A DNA stretch of 64,000 nucleotides from an uncultured Verrucomicrobiae bacterium (GCA_963842185.1 CAWJFL010000015.1:1233-65232), one strand, 5' to 3'; counted from the first letter of the stretch, positions 49,337 through 59,145 are shown. The notes: generated by a model not told the origin, from the letters alone. Numbers and translations: made by a program.

Positions 49337-49927
49337 ATGAGTAAGTTGATAAATTGGAAGCCCGCAGCGGATTTCGAGCCGCTGAGCGAAGGCATCCATA
49401 CGGCGGTGATTGTCGCCGTGCAGGAGATGGGAATCCAGCCAGGGTTCGAGAACCAAAAACCACGGCCAGAATATGCGATCTTGCTGGAATTCGAGGACCG
49501 CATCCAGGATGGCCCGAACGTTGGGAAGCGGAGGCTGTTGTGGATCACCGTGGCGGCCAGCCTCCACGAAAAGAGCAAGTTGGGCCAGATCGTAAAAGCC
49601 ATTGGGTTCGACTTGGGCGTCGCCCAGCGGAACGGCCTCGACCTTGACCTGTTGATCGCCAAGTCCACGCAGGTCGGCATCACTCACGATGTCAAAGGTG
49701 ATCGGCGCTATGCGAGGGCGAGTAGCTTTTACAAACTGCCCACGGGTGTACCCCCGCTCACGCCGGAGCATCCGCCAACCGAGCCGCTGCCTGACTTCCT
49801 TGCTGAACGCCGTGATCGTGCATTGTCTCCGACACCGCCGTCATCGGCACCGAGTCCGGCACCGACCGCGCCACTGCCGATGCCAGCGACCACGACCAGC
49901 GCGATGGAGCCGTTGTGGAAGTCCTAA
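49337..49927 (+). CDS. DUF669-like (phage SSB-like) protein with Pro-rich tail
   Basis: DFEPLSEGIHTAVI... GKRRLLW ... HEKSKLGQIVKAIG pattern recalled from DUF669 phage proteins. Confidence 0.45.
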   Translation: MSKLINWKPAADFEPLSEGIHTAVIVAVQEMGIQPGFENQKPRPEYAILLEFEDRIQDGPNVGKRRLLWITVAASLHEKSKLGQIVKAIGFDLGVAQRNGLDLDLLIAKSTQVGITHDVKGDRRYARASSFYKLPTGVPPLTPEHPPTEPLPDFLAERRDRALSPTPPSSAPSPAPTAPLPMPATTTSAMEPLWKS

Positions 49928-50015
49928 AGAAAATCGTGCGTTACAACGCACCAACCTACGCCCTCGCCGGTACCCCGGCGAGCGGCGTGCGGTCGCCGAG
50001 CATATCGCGGGCGGC

Positions 50016-52445
50016 GTGGACTGGATCGACGAAACCAGCGGGCACTGCCGCTGTCCCGGCGAATCCGGCCACTCCGCCCCCACGGGGAAGCGGGACTGTA
50101 CCATATATATAGATTGCAGTCCCAATTTTCATTGCTTCCACCATAGCTGCGGTGACGCTCGCACAGCCGCCACCGAGCGGTTGCGCACGGCGTTGGCCGC
50201 CCTGGGGCACAAGGACGGACAGCCGTCGTCACCAACACCATTGCCGACGCCTGAACAACTCGAAGCCGTTCATCAGCGAGAGGAGCGTCAGCGCGAGGAG
50301 CAGGCATTGCGCGCGAAGGCGATGGCGTTCAATACTGTGGTGGACAAGGCGTGGCCGTGGTCTCTGGAAGATGTAACACGCACGTCGCCCACCACCGTGC
50401 CCGCCCAAGTTGAGGAGCACTGGCGCGCCCTCCTTGGACTGCTCAAGCCAACTGATATTATATGGATTGGTCAGCCAACCGACTCCTGCGATGACGACGC
50501 CAAAAGCCACCGCAAGGCAAGGTGCCAGCGTCACTTTCAACCGGTCTGCGAGTTCGTGAAATTGCCCAGTCCGGCGAAGTTTAACTTTATCAGTCAATGC
50601 ACGTTCAAGACCGGCACCTACCATCGGGGGGATGAGAGCGTTGTCCATCGCCCATTCATCGTGTTAGAGATTGACAAGAAAGCCGATGGCGCGCCGTTCA
50701 CGGTCGCGGAGCAGTTGTCCCGCATCCGCTGGTGCTCACAGTTTCTAACATTGAGGGCCATCGTTTCCAGCGGCGGCAAGAGCTTCCACGCCTGGTTCGA
50801 TTTGCCCGACCAGGAAATCTTTGGTGAATTGAAGCTTATCGCGCCCGCGCTGGGCTTCGACCCAGCCACGCTCCGCGCGACCCAGCCGGTTCGACTGCCG
50901 GGGGCGTGGCGACACGATGGCGGCCCCGACAAGAAAGGTGCGTGGCAGAGTCTCCTCTGGCTCGACACCGGCGCGCACGCGGTCAGGTTTACCAGGCCAA
51001 GCGCGTTGCTAGAAGCGACCTCGCCAGTCACCACGACCGCCGCCGTCGCAACGGATACCATCGAGGCGAAGCGCGCGCGCATCGGGAAGGTGTGGGAGGC
51101 AAGAGACCTCCAGACCGCTGACCTGCCAGAGGTGGAATGGATCGTGGAGCAAATCATGACGGCGGGCGTCACCGTCCTCGCGGCGGGGCCGAAGACCGGC
51201 AAGACGTTGATGATGGTCAACATGGCCATCGACATCGCCAGCGGCTACGCGACCCTCGGTGGAAAAGTCGAGACTACCGCCGGGGAACTCTTGCTTCTGT
51301 TGTTGGAGAATTCCAGCAACGAGGTGAAGGAGCTGCTCGTAAAGCTCCACGAAGAACCTCTCCCGGCTGGTATACACATCATTACATTGTCGGAGGGGTT
51401 CGAATCTTTTGACCGTGGCGGTTTCGAGAAGCTGGCGGTTTGCCTTGACGTTTACCCTCTGACGAAAGTGGTGGTCATCGACACCTGGGCGAAAGTCAAA
51501 CCGACCCCCAGGCGGCATTTGAACTCATACGAGTCCGACACGGCGGCGTTGGCACCGCTTCAAGCATTAGCCAAACAACGGGGGATCGCCGTGGTCATCA
51601 TCACGCACCTGCGAAAGGAGCCGTCCACCGATGACGTGTTCAAGGAGATCACGGGTTCCATCGGCACAATGGCGGTCGCGGACACCGTCCTCGTCCTCAA
51701 GCGCGGGCGCGGCGAGGAGGAGGCGACCATGCACGTCACGGGCCGTTTCACCGCCGACAAGCGCCTGGCGATGCGGTTCGACCCCAATACGCTCCATTGG
51801 ACATTGCTTGGAGACGCCAGCGAATTCAATCGGTCGCAGCGTCGTCAGCAACTCCTTGACGTGATCCGCGAAGCGGTGCAACCGCCCACGCCGAAGGAAG
51901 TCCATGACCTTCTCCGCGACCGTGGCGAGAAGATCTCGTATAGCACGGTCAAGGTCTTGCTGCGTAAAATGGAGGCCGCCGGCGATGTTGGTTCCAAGGA
52001 GGGGCGCTACACCGCCAACGACCCAGCCAAAGTCTGCAAGGGTTCTGCCGCGCCCACGACCATCACCGCGACAGCCACGGACGGTTTACAGGCCAATGGA
52101 GGGGGTGTTAACCCTGTAAACCCCGTAAACCCGACCACTCATCCCACTGATAATGAGCAAATTGCGTGGTTTACGGCTGTAGATAGCGCCCATAAACCGT
52201 GTAAACCCGATGGTGAGGGTGACGGGTTTACGGTTTACGACGATACCGAGCGTAAACCCGGTGCCGTAAACCCTGTAAGTAGCGACGCCCCAGTTGGTTC
52301 AGAGAGGCGGTTTACGCGGTTTACGGTGTCGCCGCCCACCAATAACGGCAATGGCGAGTGCATGTGTTGGCTTGCCCACGACGATGGCGAACACGCCCCG
52401 ACCTGTCGGAACAACCAAATAATAATAATAATAAGGAAGAAATGA
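50016..52445 (+). CDS. primase-polymerase (AEP) fused to RecA-like AAA ATPase/helicase and wHTH; true start unresolved (frame open from 49689)
   Basis: Zn cluster CRCPGESGH...CFHHSC, AEP motifs FIVLEIDKK and SSGGKSFHAWF, Walker A AAGPKTGKT, Walker B VVVIDTW, ITHLRK. Confidence 0.8.
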   Translation: MDWIDETSGHCRCPGESGHSAPTGKRDCTIYIDCSPNFHCFHHSCGDARTAATERLRTALAALGHKDGQPSSPTPLPTPEQLEAVHQREERQREEQALRAKAMAFNTVVDKAWPWSLEDVTRTSPTTVPAQVEEHWRALLGLLKPTDIIWIGQPTDSCDDDAKSHRKARCQRHFQPVCEFVKLPSPAKFNFISQCTFKTGTYHRGDESVVHRPFIVLEIDKKADGAPFTVAEQLSRIRWCSQFLTLRAIVSSGGKSFHAWFDLPDQEIFGELKLIAPALGFDPATLRATQPVRLPGAWRHDGGPDKKGAWQSLLWLDTGAHAVRFTRPSALLEATSPVTTTAAVATDTIEAKRARIGKVWEARDLQTADLPEVEWIVEQIMTAGVTVLAAGPKTGKTLMMVNMAIDIASGYATLGGKVETTAGELLLLLLENSSNEVKELLVKLHEEPLPAGIHIITLSEGFESFDRGGFEKLAVCLDVYPLTKVVVIDTWAKVKPTPRRHLNSYESDTAALAPLQALAKQRGIAVVIITHLRKEPSTDDVFKEITGSIGTMAVADTVLVLKRGRGEEEATMHVTGRFTADKRLAMRFDPNTLHWTLLGDASEFNRSQRRQQLLDVIREAVQPPTPKEVHDLLRDRGEKISYSTVKVLLRKMEAAGDVGSKEGRYTANDPAKVCKGSAAPTTITATATDGLQANGGGVNPVNPVNPTTHPTDNEQIAWFTAVDSAHKPCKPDGEGDGFTVYDDTERKPGAVNPVSSDAPVGSERRFTRFTVSPPTNNGNGECMCWLAHDDGEHAPTCRNNQIIIIIRKK
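52083..52324. repeat. iteron array: 11 perfect GTAAACC/GGTTTAC heptamers (plus 2 variants) in 242 bp
   Basis: Forward at 52116, 52125, 52201, 52252, 52266; reverse at 52083, 52168, 52225, 52232, 52309, 52318; extended consensus CGTAAACC(C/G). Confidence 0.85.
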
Positions 52446-52600
52446 GCGAGAGCCTCTACATCAACAATACGACCGACTATGGCCTCGATCCGGCCGTACC
52501 GGATCACATAATGACGACCTGCCCTGACTGCGGAGCATTAGGAGCGGAACTGCGCGAGTATACCGAAGGTCCGAACTCTTACCTCTACTTCGTGTGCTGC
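52442..52600 (+). CDS. small CxxC...CC protein at element right end; reading frame runs across the junction
   Basis: MSESLYINNTTDYGLDPAVPDHIMTTCPDCGALGAELREYTEGPNSYLYFVCC...; AGGAAG RBS; C-terminus undefined. Confidence 0.3.
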
Positions 52601-52857
52601 GGTTTGCCGAAAATCTTTCCGTCGAGAACGACGATGGTGTCCGCGCCGATGACCATCGAGCGGGGATGCCGGCCCGCGACCGCGCGGGCCTTGCGTTGGG
52701 CGTTCTGCATCGCCACCACGTCGGGCGCCGCGCCGCCAGCCAATTCCTCGATGCCGTCCGGGCACACGACGAGGAAGCGCAACCCCAACTCGCGCAGCAG
52801 CCGCTCGCGCCGCGGTGACGCGCTGGCGAGGATCATTTGGGGTTTGTCTGTTGCCAT
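52597..52857 (-). pseudogene. maf: maf 5' fragment (first about 87 codons)
   Basis: MATDKPQMILASASPRRERLLRELGL...VIGADTIVVLDGKIFGKPQ then element-derived HTK*. Confidence 0.85.
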
Positions 52858-52884
52858 GTACGGGCGTATGATGACCTGAGAAGC

Positions 52885-53997
52885 ATGGGAATTCAACAGG
52901 CCAAAGTCGAGCACCTGTACGTCCACGTTCCCTTCTGCGCGGCGAAGTGCAATTACTGCGCGTTTTACTCCGAAGCCGGCAGCGCGGCGAAGATGGACGA
53001 TTATATTGACGCGCTGCTGCTGGAACTCGATCGATACGCCTCGGAACTCGCACCCAAGACCATTTTCTTTGGCGGCGGCACGCCGAGCCTGTTGCCGACG
53101 CCGCTGATGCGGCGGATTCTGGAGGCCGTTGGCGAGCGGAGTTCCTCCCGCGACGTTTCGGAATGGACCATTGAATGCAATCCGTCCACCGTATCGGCCG
53201 ATAAGGCGACACTCTTCCGCGAATTCGGGGTGAATCGCATTTCGATGGGCGTTCAGGCGCTCGATGACGGGTTGTTGGACAAGATCGGGCGGGTGCATTC
53301 GGTGACGGGCGCCGTCAAGTCCTATGAGCGACTGCGCGAGGCGGGGTTTCAAAACATCAACCTCGATTTGATGTTCGGATTGCCGGGGCAGACGATGGAG
53401 CATTGGAAGAAGACGTTGGCCAAGGCCATCGAGCTACAGCCGGAGCATGTCTCGACGTATTGCCTGATTTTGGAGGAGGACACACATTTCTGGTCATTGC
53501 TGCAGCAGGGGTTGATCAAGCCGGACGAAGAACTCGAATTGGCGATGTACGAGACCGGCATGGAGATGTTGGCGGCGACGGGTTATCGTCAATACGAGAT
53601 CAGCAATTTCGCCAAACCCGACCGCGAATGCGCGCACAACATCGCGTACTGGGAGGGCAAGGACTACATCGGGCTCGGCCCGAGCGCGTGTTCGACCGTG
53701 GGCGACAAGCGCTGGCAAAATGCGCCCGATACGGACCGCTACATCACCGCGATGCGCACCGGGGAACGCGCGTTGGCCTACGAAGAACCGCTTACGCCCG
53801 AGTTGCGCGCCGCCGAGCGCGCGGCGTTCGGGATGCGAATGAACGCCGGTGTGCCGGCCGAACTACTGCGTGGTCGCTGGGACAAACAGGTTGCCGAGTT
53901 GTTGTCCGCCGATCTGGTCCAGTGGAGTCACGACCGGCTGCAGCCCACCAAGCGCGGCATTCTCTTCGCCGACGAAATCGCGTCGCAGTTTATGTGA
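52885..53997 (+). CDS. hemW: radical SAM heme chaperone HemW (HemN-like)
   Basis: HLYVHVPFCAAKCNYCAF CxxxCxxC motif, GGGTPS, HemN C-terminal domain. Confidence 0.9.
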   Translation: MGIQQAKVEHLYVHVPFCAAKCNYCAFYSEAGSAAKMDDYIDALLLELDRYASELAPKTIFFGGGTPSLLPTPLMRRILEAVGERSSSRDVSEWTIECNPSTVSADKATLFREFGVNRISMGVQALDDGLLDKIGRVHSVTGAVKSYERLREAGFQNINLDLMFGLPGQTMEHWKKTLAKAIELQPEHVSTYCLILEEDTHFWSLLQQGLIKPDEELELAMYETGMEMLAATGYRQYEISNFAKPDRECAHNIAYWEGKDYIGLGPSACSTVGDKRWQNAPDTDRYITAMRTGERALAYEEPLTPELRAAERAAFGMRMNAGVPAELLRGRWDKQVAELLSADLVQWSHDRLQPTKRGILFADEIASQFM

Positions 53998-54020
53998 TGC
54001 CGGAGTCTTCTGGCATCCCG

Positions 54021-54497
54021 TCAGCGCGGAGTCCGCTCGAAGTCGTCCACGATCTTTCGCTCGCGTCGGTAATGGACGGCGATGGAGGCGGAGGACACGA
54101 CGACCAGGAGAATCAAGGTCGTGATGTCGGCGAAGGAAAAAAAGATGAGCAGTCCGGCCAGGGCGGCGATTTCCGAGAAGGCGAATCCGATGAAGAACCG
54201 GCGTTGAAGTTCGGCAGCGAGCGCGGAGAAATTGCTGCCGGGAGGTTGTCGTCGCGCCAGGATATTGACCGCGGGAAAGGACGCGATCACGCCCAGGATG
54301 CCGAACGCGAACGCGCCGATGGTGAACGGCACTCGCGATGGCGCGTCCGTGGGAGCGGTGAACCCGCTGTACAATAGGTAAAGCCCCAAGATGAGGTAGA
54401 GAGCCTGCGCCGAGATGAGTTGGACGGCCAGGACTCCGAGCCGTCGGCGGAACGCAGCGGGTTTGGCGGTCACTGATTGGGATGGTTGATAGGGCAT
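54021..54497 (-). CDS. integral membrane protein (158 aa, 4 TM)
   Basis: C-terminal part of ORF 54021..55265 from MPYQPSQS; four hydrophobic helices. Confidence 0.55.
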   Translation of the reverse strand: MPYQPSQSVTAKPAAFRRRLGVLAVQLISAQALYLILGLYLLYSGFTAPTDAPSRVPFTIGAFAFGILGVIASFPAVNILARRQPPGSNFSALAAELQRRFFIGFAFSEIAALAGLLIFFSFADITTLILLVVVSSASIAVHYRRERKIVDDFERTPR

Positions 54498-54572
54498 CCG
54501 GAGAATTATACTGCGGGAGACGCAACGGCACAACGGCCAAAGAGAGGTCGAATGAAGGAGGGCAACTGGAAA

Positions 54573-55648
54573 ATGAGCGAGCGGTTTGTCACGCTGAACG
54601 TACGCCGGACGCCTTGGGGCTGGGCGAGGAGCCTCTGTCTTTGCGGTCTGCTGACGGCACTGTCGGTCGTCGCAAACGCACGCGGATCCGTCACCGTCGA
54701 GTACCTGTGCTGTGCCTGGGGGCCGGCAATGACGCTGCCCACCAAGGCGGGGGAGAAACCCCAATTCGACGATAGCCAGGAAGAGGTCTACTTCCTCAAG
54801 CAGGTTGACGGACAGGGAGTCGGCATTTACCTCTGCAAGATGAAGGCCGACGGCAGCGAGAAGACCGAGATCAAAGAACTCTGGCGAGACCCCAACTACC
54901 CGATCGACACCCAGGACTGCACCACCTGGATGGACGTGTGTGACAAAACCCACCAAGTCGCTGTCACCGTGACGTACGCCGGCAGCGACATCACGGGCCT
55001 GTGGACGGTGAACATGGACGGCAGCGATCTGAAGCGAATCATCACCCCGGCGCATGTGACCAACGGGCTGCAGTCTGTGGGCGGCGTGAACTGGATGCCC
55101 GATGGACAATGGATCGTTTATGGGGAGTCGATGCGGGGGGCAGACCGTAATGGGCGTATCGCCAAATGTGACAAGAACGGTGAGAAGCGGGTGTACCTGA
55201 CTGATGGACCCATGGATAGTTACCCGCGTGTGTCGCCCGACGGGAAGCAAATTGGGTACATCCACTGGGTCGGATGGGCCTCCCGCTTATACATGATAAG
55301 TATCGACGGGAGTGATCAACGAGCATTGCCCAATCCAGACGATAAACGCTGGGGGACGCACGGTGGCCTTTACCCGGCGTGGAGTCCGGACGGAAAAAAA
55401 TTTTTATCATAGGCGTCGGCCTTGAAGTTATTGACGTTGCCAGTGGTCATAAGGTTTTTGATCGTTCCCCAACGCTACAAGGATCTCGACAGGGAATAAC
55501 TGGTTGGCCGCACTGGGGCAAGCAGGGCTTCGTTGGATTCTCCGTCGGCGGCATTCTTTTTACCGATTCAGAGTTGCGGGAAGCGAAGTGGATTGGCTCA
55601 TCACGACTTGTAGAATGTTCGGGAGGAGGGGTGACGTGCCGATGGTGA
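54573..55648 (+). CDS. PD40/TolB-like beta-propeller protein, frame disrupted in A7T5 run at 55394-55405
   Basis: Signal peptide, repeated SPDGK motifs (WMPDGQW, VSPDGKQ, AWSPDGKK); continues in shifted frame IFIIGVGLEVIDVASGHKV (ORF 55379..55648). Confidence 0.75.
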
Positions 55649-56203
55649 GTGTGATGAGTGTGCGCCACGTCTAGCCCCCCTCAGAATCGGGGTAAAGCCG
55701 GCCGTCCCCGGGGCGGGATGTGGGGTCGCGGTTTGGGTTTGGATTTGATATCCAAATGTGATATCCTATGCGGCGATGGATACGGTGTGGCATGTGGATA
55801 GACACGAATTGCACGAAGAAGATTCGAATGGCACGAAGCGCGACGTGGGCGAGGGGCAAAGCGACGGGTATACGACGGCGAGCGGGCCGGACCGGTCGCC
55901 CCGCCAGAGGCGGGCAAGCCTATCGGTCGGAGGACGGAACCCAAGACGGGGGCTGCGCAAAAAAATAAAAATTGCAAACGAACCCAAATTTTAGCACCCA
56001 ATTTTTTATTTGTAAGTAGCTAATGTTACGTGCGTTACAAATGAAATAATCAAAAACAAGTGAGACATTTTGACGCAATTTCGAATGAAAACGAACCCAA
56101 GTTTTTGGCTAGAACTACCGGGAGTGGTTGGGGGCAAGCTGTGGGGCCCACGATGGATTATTGAGGTGAAATGGAGGGGATTCGCGGGTAAATTGGAGCC
56201 GTT

Positions 56204-57142
56204 ATGGCAAAGAAGCTGGCGCAGATAGTCGATGGGCTGGTGGATTCGTTCCACAAGTACGGTGGGATCAATCATCTGGACGGTGTGAACCTGCCGTCGC
56301 GGGATGCGGTGGTGGAGATCGCGCGGGATTTGCTGCGGCTGGTGTTCCCCGGGTTTTACGACAAGGACCCGATTCATTCCAAACAACTGGCCGAGTACGC
56401 GTCGGAGTTGGTGTCGTCGCTGGCACGGCGGTTGGAGAACGAGATTCAGCGGAGCCTGGAGTATCGTCCGTGCGACGGGTGCGACAAGAACGATCTGGCG
56501 GGGACGGCGGCGCGGGTGACGCAGGAGTTCCTGGGCGAGTTGGCGGGCGTGCGGTCGGTTTTGCAGACGGACGTGACGGCGGCGTATGAGGGCGATCCCG
56601 CGGCGATCAGCAACGAGGAGATCATACTGGCGTATCCGGGGATTGAAGCGATCGCGGTGCAGCGGATGGCGCACCTGCTGTATCGTCGGCACGTGGCGTT
56701 GATACCGCGGATCATGACGGAATGGGCGCACAACAAGACGGGGATCGACATTCATCCGGGCGCCGTCATCGGGCCGCATTTTTTCATCGATCACGGCACG
56801 GGGGTGGTCATCGGCGAGACGACGGTGATCGGCCAGCGCGTGAAGATCTACCAGGGCGTCACGCTCGGGGCGAAGAGTTTCCCCAAGGACGCCAAGGGAC
56901 GGGTCGTCAAGGGCGTCAAGCGCCATCCGAACATCGAGGATGACGTGACGATTTACGCCGGCGCGACGATCCTGGGCGATGTGACCATCGGCCAGGGGTC
57001 GATCATCGGCGGCAATGTGTGGTTGCTGGACCCGGTGCCGCCGCGCACGACGGTGTATCAGGAGGGCGGCAAGACGTTGATGAAGACGGCTGCCGCGGAC
57101 CGCGACCGGATGATCGGCCACTCACACGGCGCGGGGATTTGA
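56204..57142 (+). CDS. cysE: serine O-acetyltransferase (long EpsC-type)
   Basis: Hexapeptide repeats IDIHPGAVIGPHFFIDHGTGVVIGETTVIGQRVKIYQGVTLG. Confidence 0.85.
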   Translation: MAKKLAQIVDGLVDSFHKYGGINHLDGVNLPSRDAVVEIARDLLRLVFPGFYDKDPIHSKQLAEYASELVSSLARRLENEIQRSLEYRPCDGCDKNDLAGTAARVTQEFLGELAGVRSVLQTDVTAAYEGDPAAISNEEIILAYPGIEAIAVQRMAHLLYRRHVALIPRIMTEWAHNKTGIDIHPGAVIGPHFFIDHGTGVVIGETTVIGQRVKIYQGVTLGAKSFPKDAKGRVVKGVKRHPNIEDDVTIYAGATILGDVTIGQGSIIGGNVWLLDPVPPRTTVYQEGGKTLMKTAAADRDRMIGHSHGAGI

Positions 57143-57248
57143 TGTTTCGTAGTTGTAGGGCTGGCAGCCCGAAGGGTTGCCAGCCGATCATGTTGACCGG
57201 TCACGGCGCGAAACCCTGCGGGCTTCGCGCCCTACAATTTGGTTGTCC

Positions 57249-58403
57249 ATGAAACGCATCTACGCCGACCACAACGCGACCACGCCGCTGGAGCCAGCGG
57301 TGCTGGAGGCGATGTTGCCGTATCTGCGGGAGCATTTCGGCAACGCCAGCAGCGTGCATCTATATGGACGCGAGGCGCGGGCGGCGGTGGACGATGCGCG
57401 GGTGCGCGTGGCGAAGTTGTTGGGCGCGCAGGAGGGCGAGATTGTTTTCACGGGCGGCGGCACCGAGGCCGACAACATGGCGGTGTTCGGCGTGGCGCGA
57501 GCGTTGCGGAAGAAGGGTCGCCACATTGTGACCAGCAGCATCGAACATCACGCAGTGTTGCACGCCTGCCAATATCTCGAAAAGACGGGCGAGAGCGAGG
57601 TCACGTATCTGCCCGTGAGCCGTGATTGCGTGGTCGATCCCGGTGATCTGCGAAAAGCGATCCGCAAGGACACGGTGTTGGTGTCGGTGATGTCGGCGAA
57701 CAACGAGACCGGCACGATCCAGTCCATTGCGGAACTGGCGACGATCAGCCGTGAGCGGGGCGTGGCGTTTCATACGGATGCGGTGCAATCGTTCGGCAAG
57801 GTTCCGGTGAATGTCGGGGATTGGGGAGTGGATTTGCTGTCGATTGCGGCGCACAAGTTTTACGGGCCGAAGGGCAGCGGTGTGTTGTACGTGCGGCGCG
57901 GGACGAAGATGGACCCGTTGCTGTTCGGCGGGAGCCACGAGAACGAGCGGCGGGCGGGCACGGAGAACGTGGCGGCGATCGTCGGGTTGGCGAAGGCCGC
58001 GGAGTTGGCGACTGCGAAGATGGAGGACGAGCAACACCGGTTGTTCGGGCTGACCGAGAAACTTGGCGAGAAGATCGCGGGACGGGTTTCTGGTGCACAT
58101 CGCAACGGTCATGCGAAACGGCGCATCGGCAATACGATCAATTTCAGTTTTGAAGGCTGCGAGGAGGAGGGACTGTTGCTCGGGCTCGATTTGGAAGGCG
58201 TGGCCGTTTCGAGCGGGTCGGCGTGCGCGGTCGGTTCCCTCGAACCGTCGCATGTGCTCAAGGCGATGGGGCTGTCGCACGAATTGTCGCGGGCGGCGGT
58301 GCGATTTTCGTTCGGCACGAGCAATACGGTCGCAGATGTCGAAAAAATCGGCGAAGCGCTGGGGAAGGTCGTTGACCGACTACGACAATTTGCGCGTACG
58401 TAG
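57249..58403 (+). CDS. cysteine desulfurase (NifS/IscS class)
   Basis: IYADHNATTP, PLP lysine SAHKFYGPKG, active-site SSGSACA. Confidence 0.92.
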   Translation: MKRIYADHNATTPLEPAVLEAMLPYLREHFGNASSVHLYGREARAAVDDARVRVAKLLGAQEGEIVFTGGGTEADNMAVFGVARALRKKGRHIVTSSIEHHAVLHACQYLEKTGESEVTYLPVSRDCVVDPGDLRKAIRKDTVLVSVMSANNETGTIQSIAELATISRERGVAFHTDAVQSFGKVPVNVGDWGVDLLSIAAHKFYGPKGSGVLYVRRGTKMDPLLFGGSHENERRAGTENVAAIVGLAKAAELATAKMEDEQHRLFGLTEKLGEKIAGRVSGAHRNGHAKRRIGNTINFSFEGCEEEGLLLGLDLEGVAVSSGSACAVGSLEPSHVLKAMGLSHELSRAAVRFSFGTSNTVADVEKIGEALGKVVDRLRQFART

Positions 58404-58437
58404 GCTGGAGGAAAGCTTGGTGGTTCGCGTGGCGTTA

Positions 58438-59145
58438 TCAGTCGAAGAACCGGTAGCGGAAGATGAACCAGAGGGCGGCGAAGCCGTCTTTCCAGCCGAT
58501 TTTTTTGCCTTCGGCGTAATCGCGGCCGGAATAATTGATGCCGGTTTCGTAGAAGCGGTAGCGACGGCGCGCGAGTTTGGCGGTCAATTCGGGTTCGATG
58601 CCGAAGCGGTCAGACGTCAGCTTGATCCCCTCGACGCATTGACGGCGGAAGACCTTGTAGCAGGTTTCCATGTCGGTGAGGTTGAGATTGCAGAGCATGT
58701 TCGAGAGCAGGGTGAGGAAACGGTTGGCCATGTAATGCCAGAACAGCAGCACGCGGTGGGTCCCGCCCGTGAACCGCGAGCCATAGACCACGTCCGCGCG
58801 ATGATCGAGGATCGGTCGCAGGAGGTTTGGATAATCCGACGGATCGTATTCGAGGTCGGCATCCTGAATGAGAATGATGTCGCCCGTGGCGTGTTCGAGA
58901 GCCGTGCGGAGGGCCGCGCCCTTGCCGCGGTTGAACGGATGGGAAACGACCTTGACCCCGGCGCCCGTCTGAAGTTTCTTGAGGACATCGCTGGTGCCAT
59001 CGGTGGAGGCATCGTCCACGAGGACGATCTCCTTTTCCAAGCCGCAGGAATCCGCGGCGCGGACGCGGCGAAGAATCTCCCCGACCGTGTTGGCCTCGTT
59101 AAAGACGGGAATCAGGATCGACAGACGCTGGAAGGTATCAGCCAT
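58438..59145 (-). CDS. GT2 glycosyltransferase (polyprenyl-phosphate sugar synthase-like)
   Basis: LSILIPVFNE, VDDASTDGT, QDADLEYDP (DxD) motifs. Confidence 0.88.
   Translation of the reverse strand: MADTFQRLSILIPVFNEANTVGEILRRVRAADSCGLEKEIVLVDDASTDGTSDVLKKLQTGAGVKVVSHPFNRGKGAALRTALEHATGDIILIQDADLEYDPSDYPNLLRPILDHRADVVYGSRFTGGTHRVLLFWHYMANRFLTLLSNMLCNLNLTDMETCYKVFRRQCVEGIKLTSDRFGIEPELTAKLARRRYRFYETGINYSGRDYAEGKKIGWKDGFAALWFIFRYRFFD

Larger units (their letters stand above)
46481..52596. mobile_element. about 6.1 kb integrated element (large serine recombinase + replication module) interrupting maf
   Basis: Flanked by colinear maf fragments; recombinase gene starts 46 nt from left junction; primase-helicase, DUF669-like protein, iterons. 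Confidence 0.65.

Noticed and set aside
52083-52324. Repeat array as a CRISPR locus
   Set aside because: The units are only 7-9 nt long, occur in both orientations with irregular spacing, and lie inside a coding region. There are no spacer-like unique segments and no cas genes.
55649-56203. tmRNA, RNase P, SRP RNA or 6S RNA in the long gap
   Set aside because: I could not find the hallmark strings: a tag-peptide ORF with a tRNA-like 3' end, GAGGAAAGUCCGG, or the SRP domain IV motif. This was an inspection by eye only, so an unclassified sRNA is kept as a low-interest finding.
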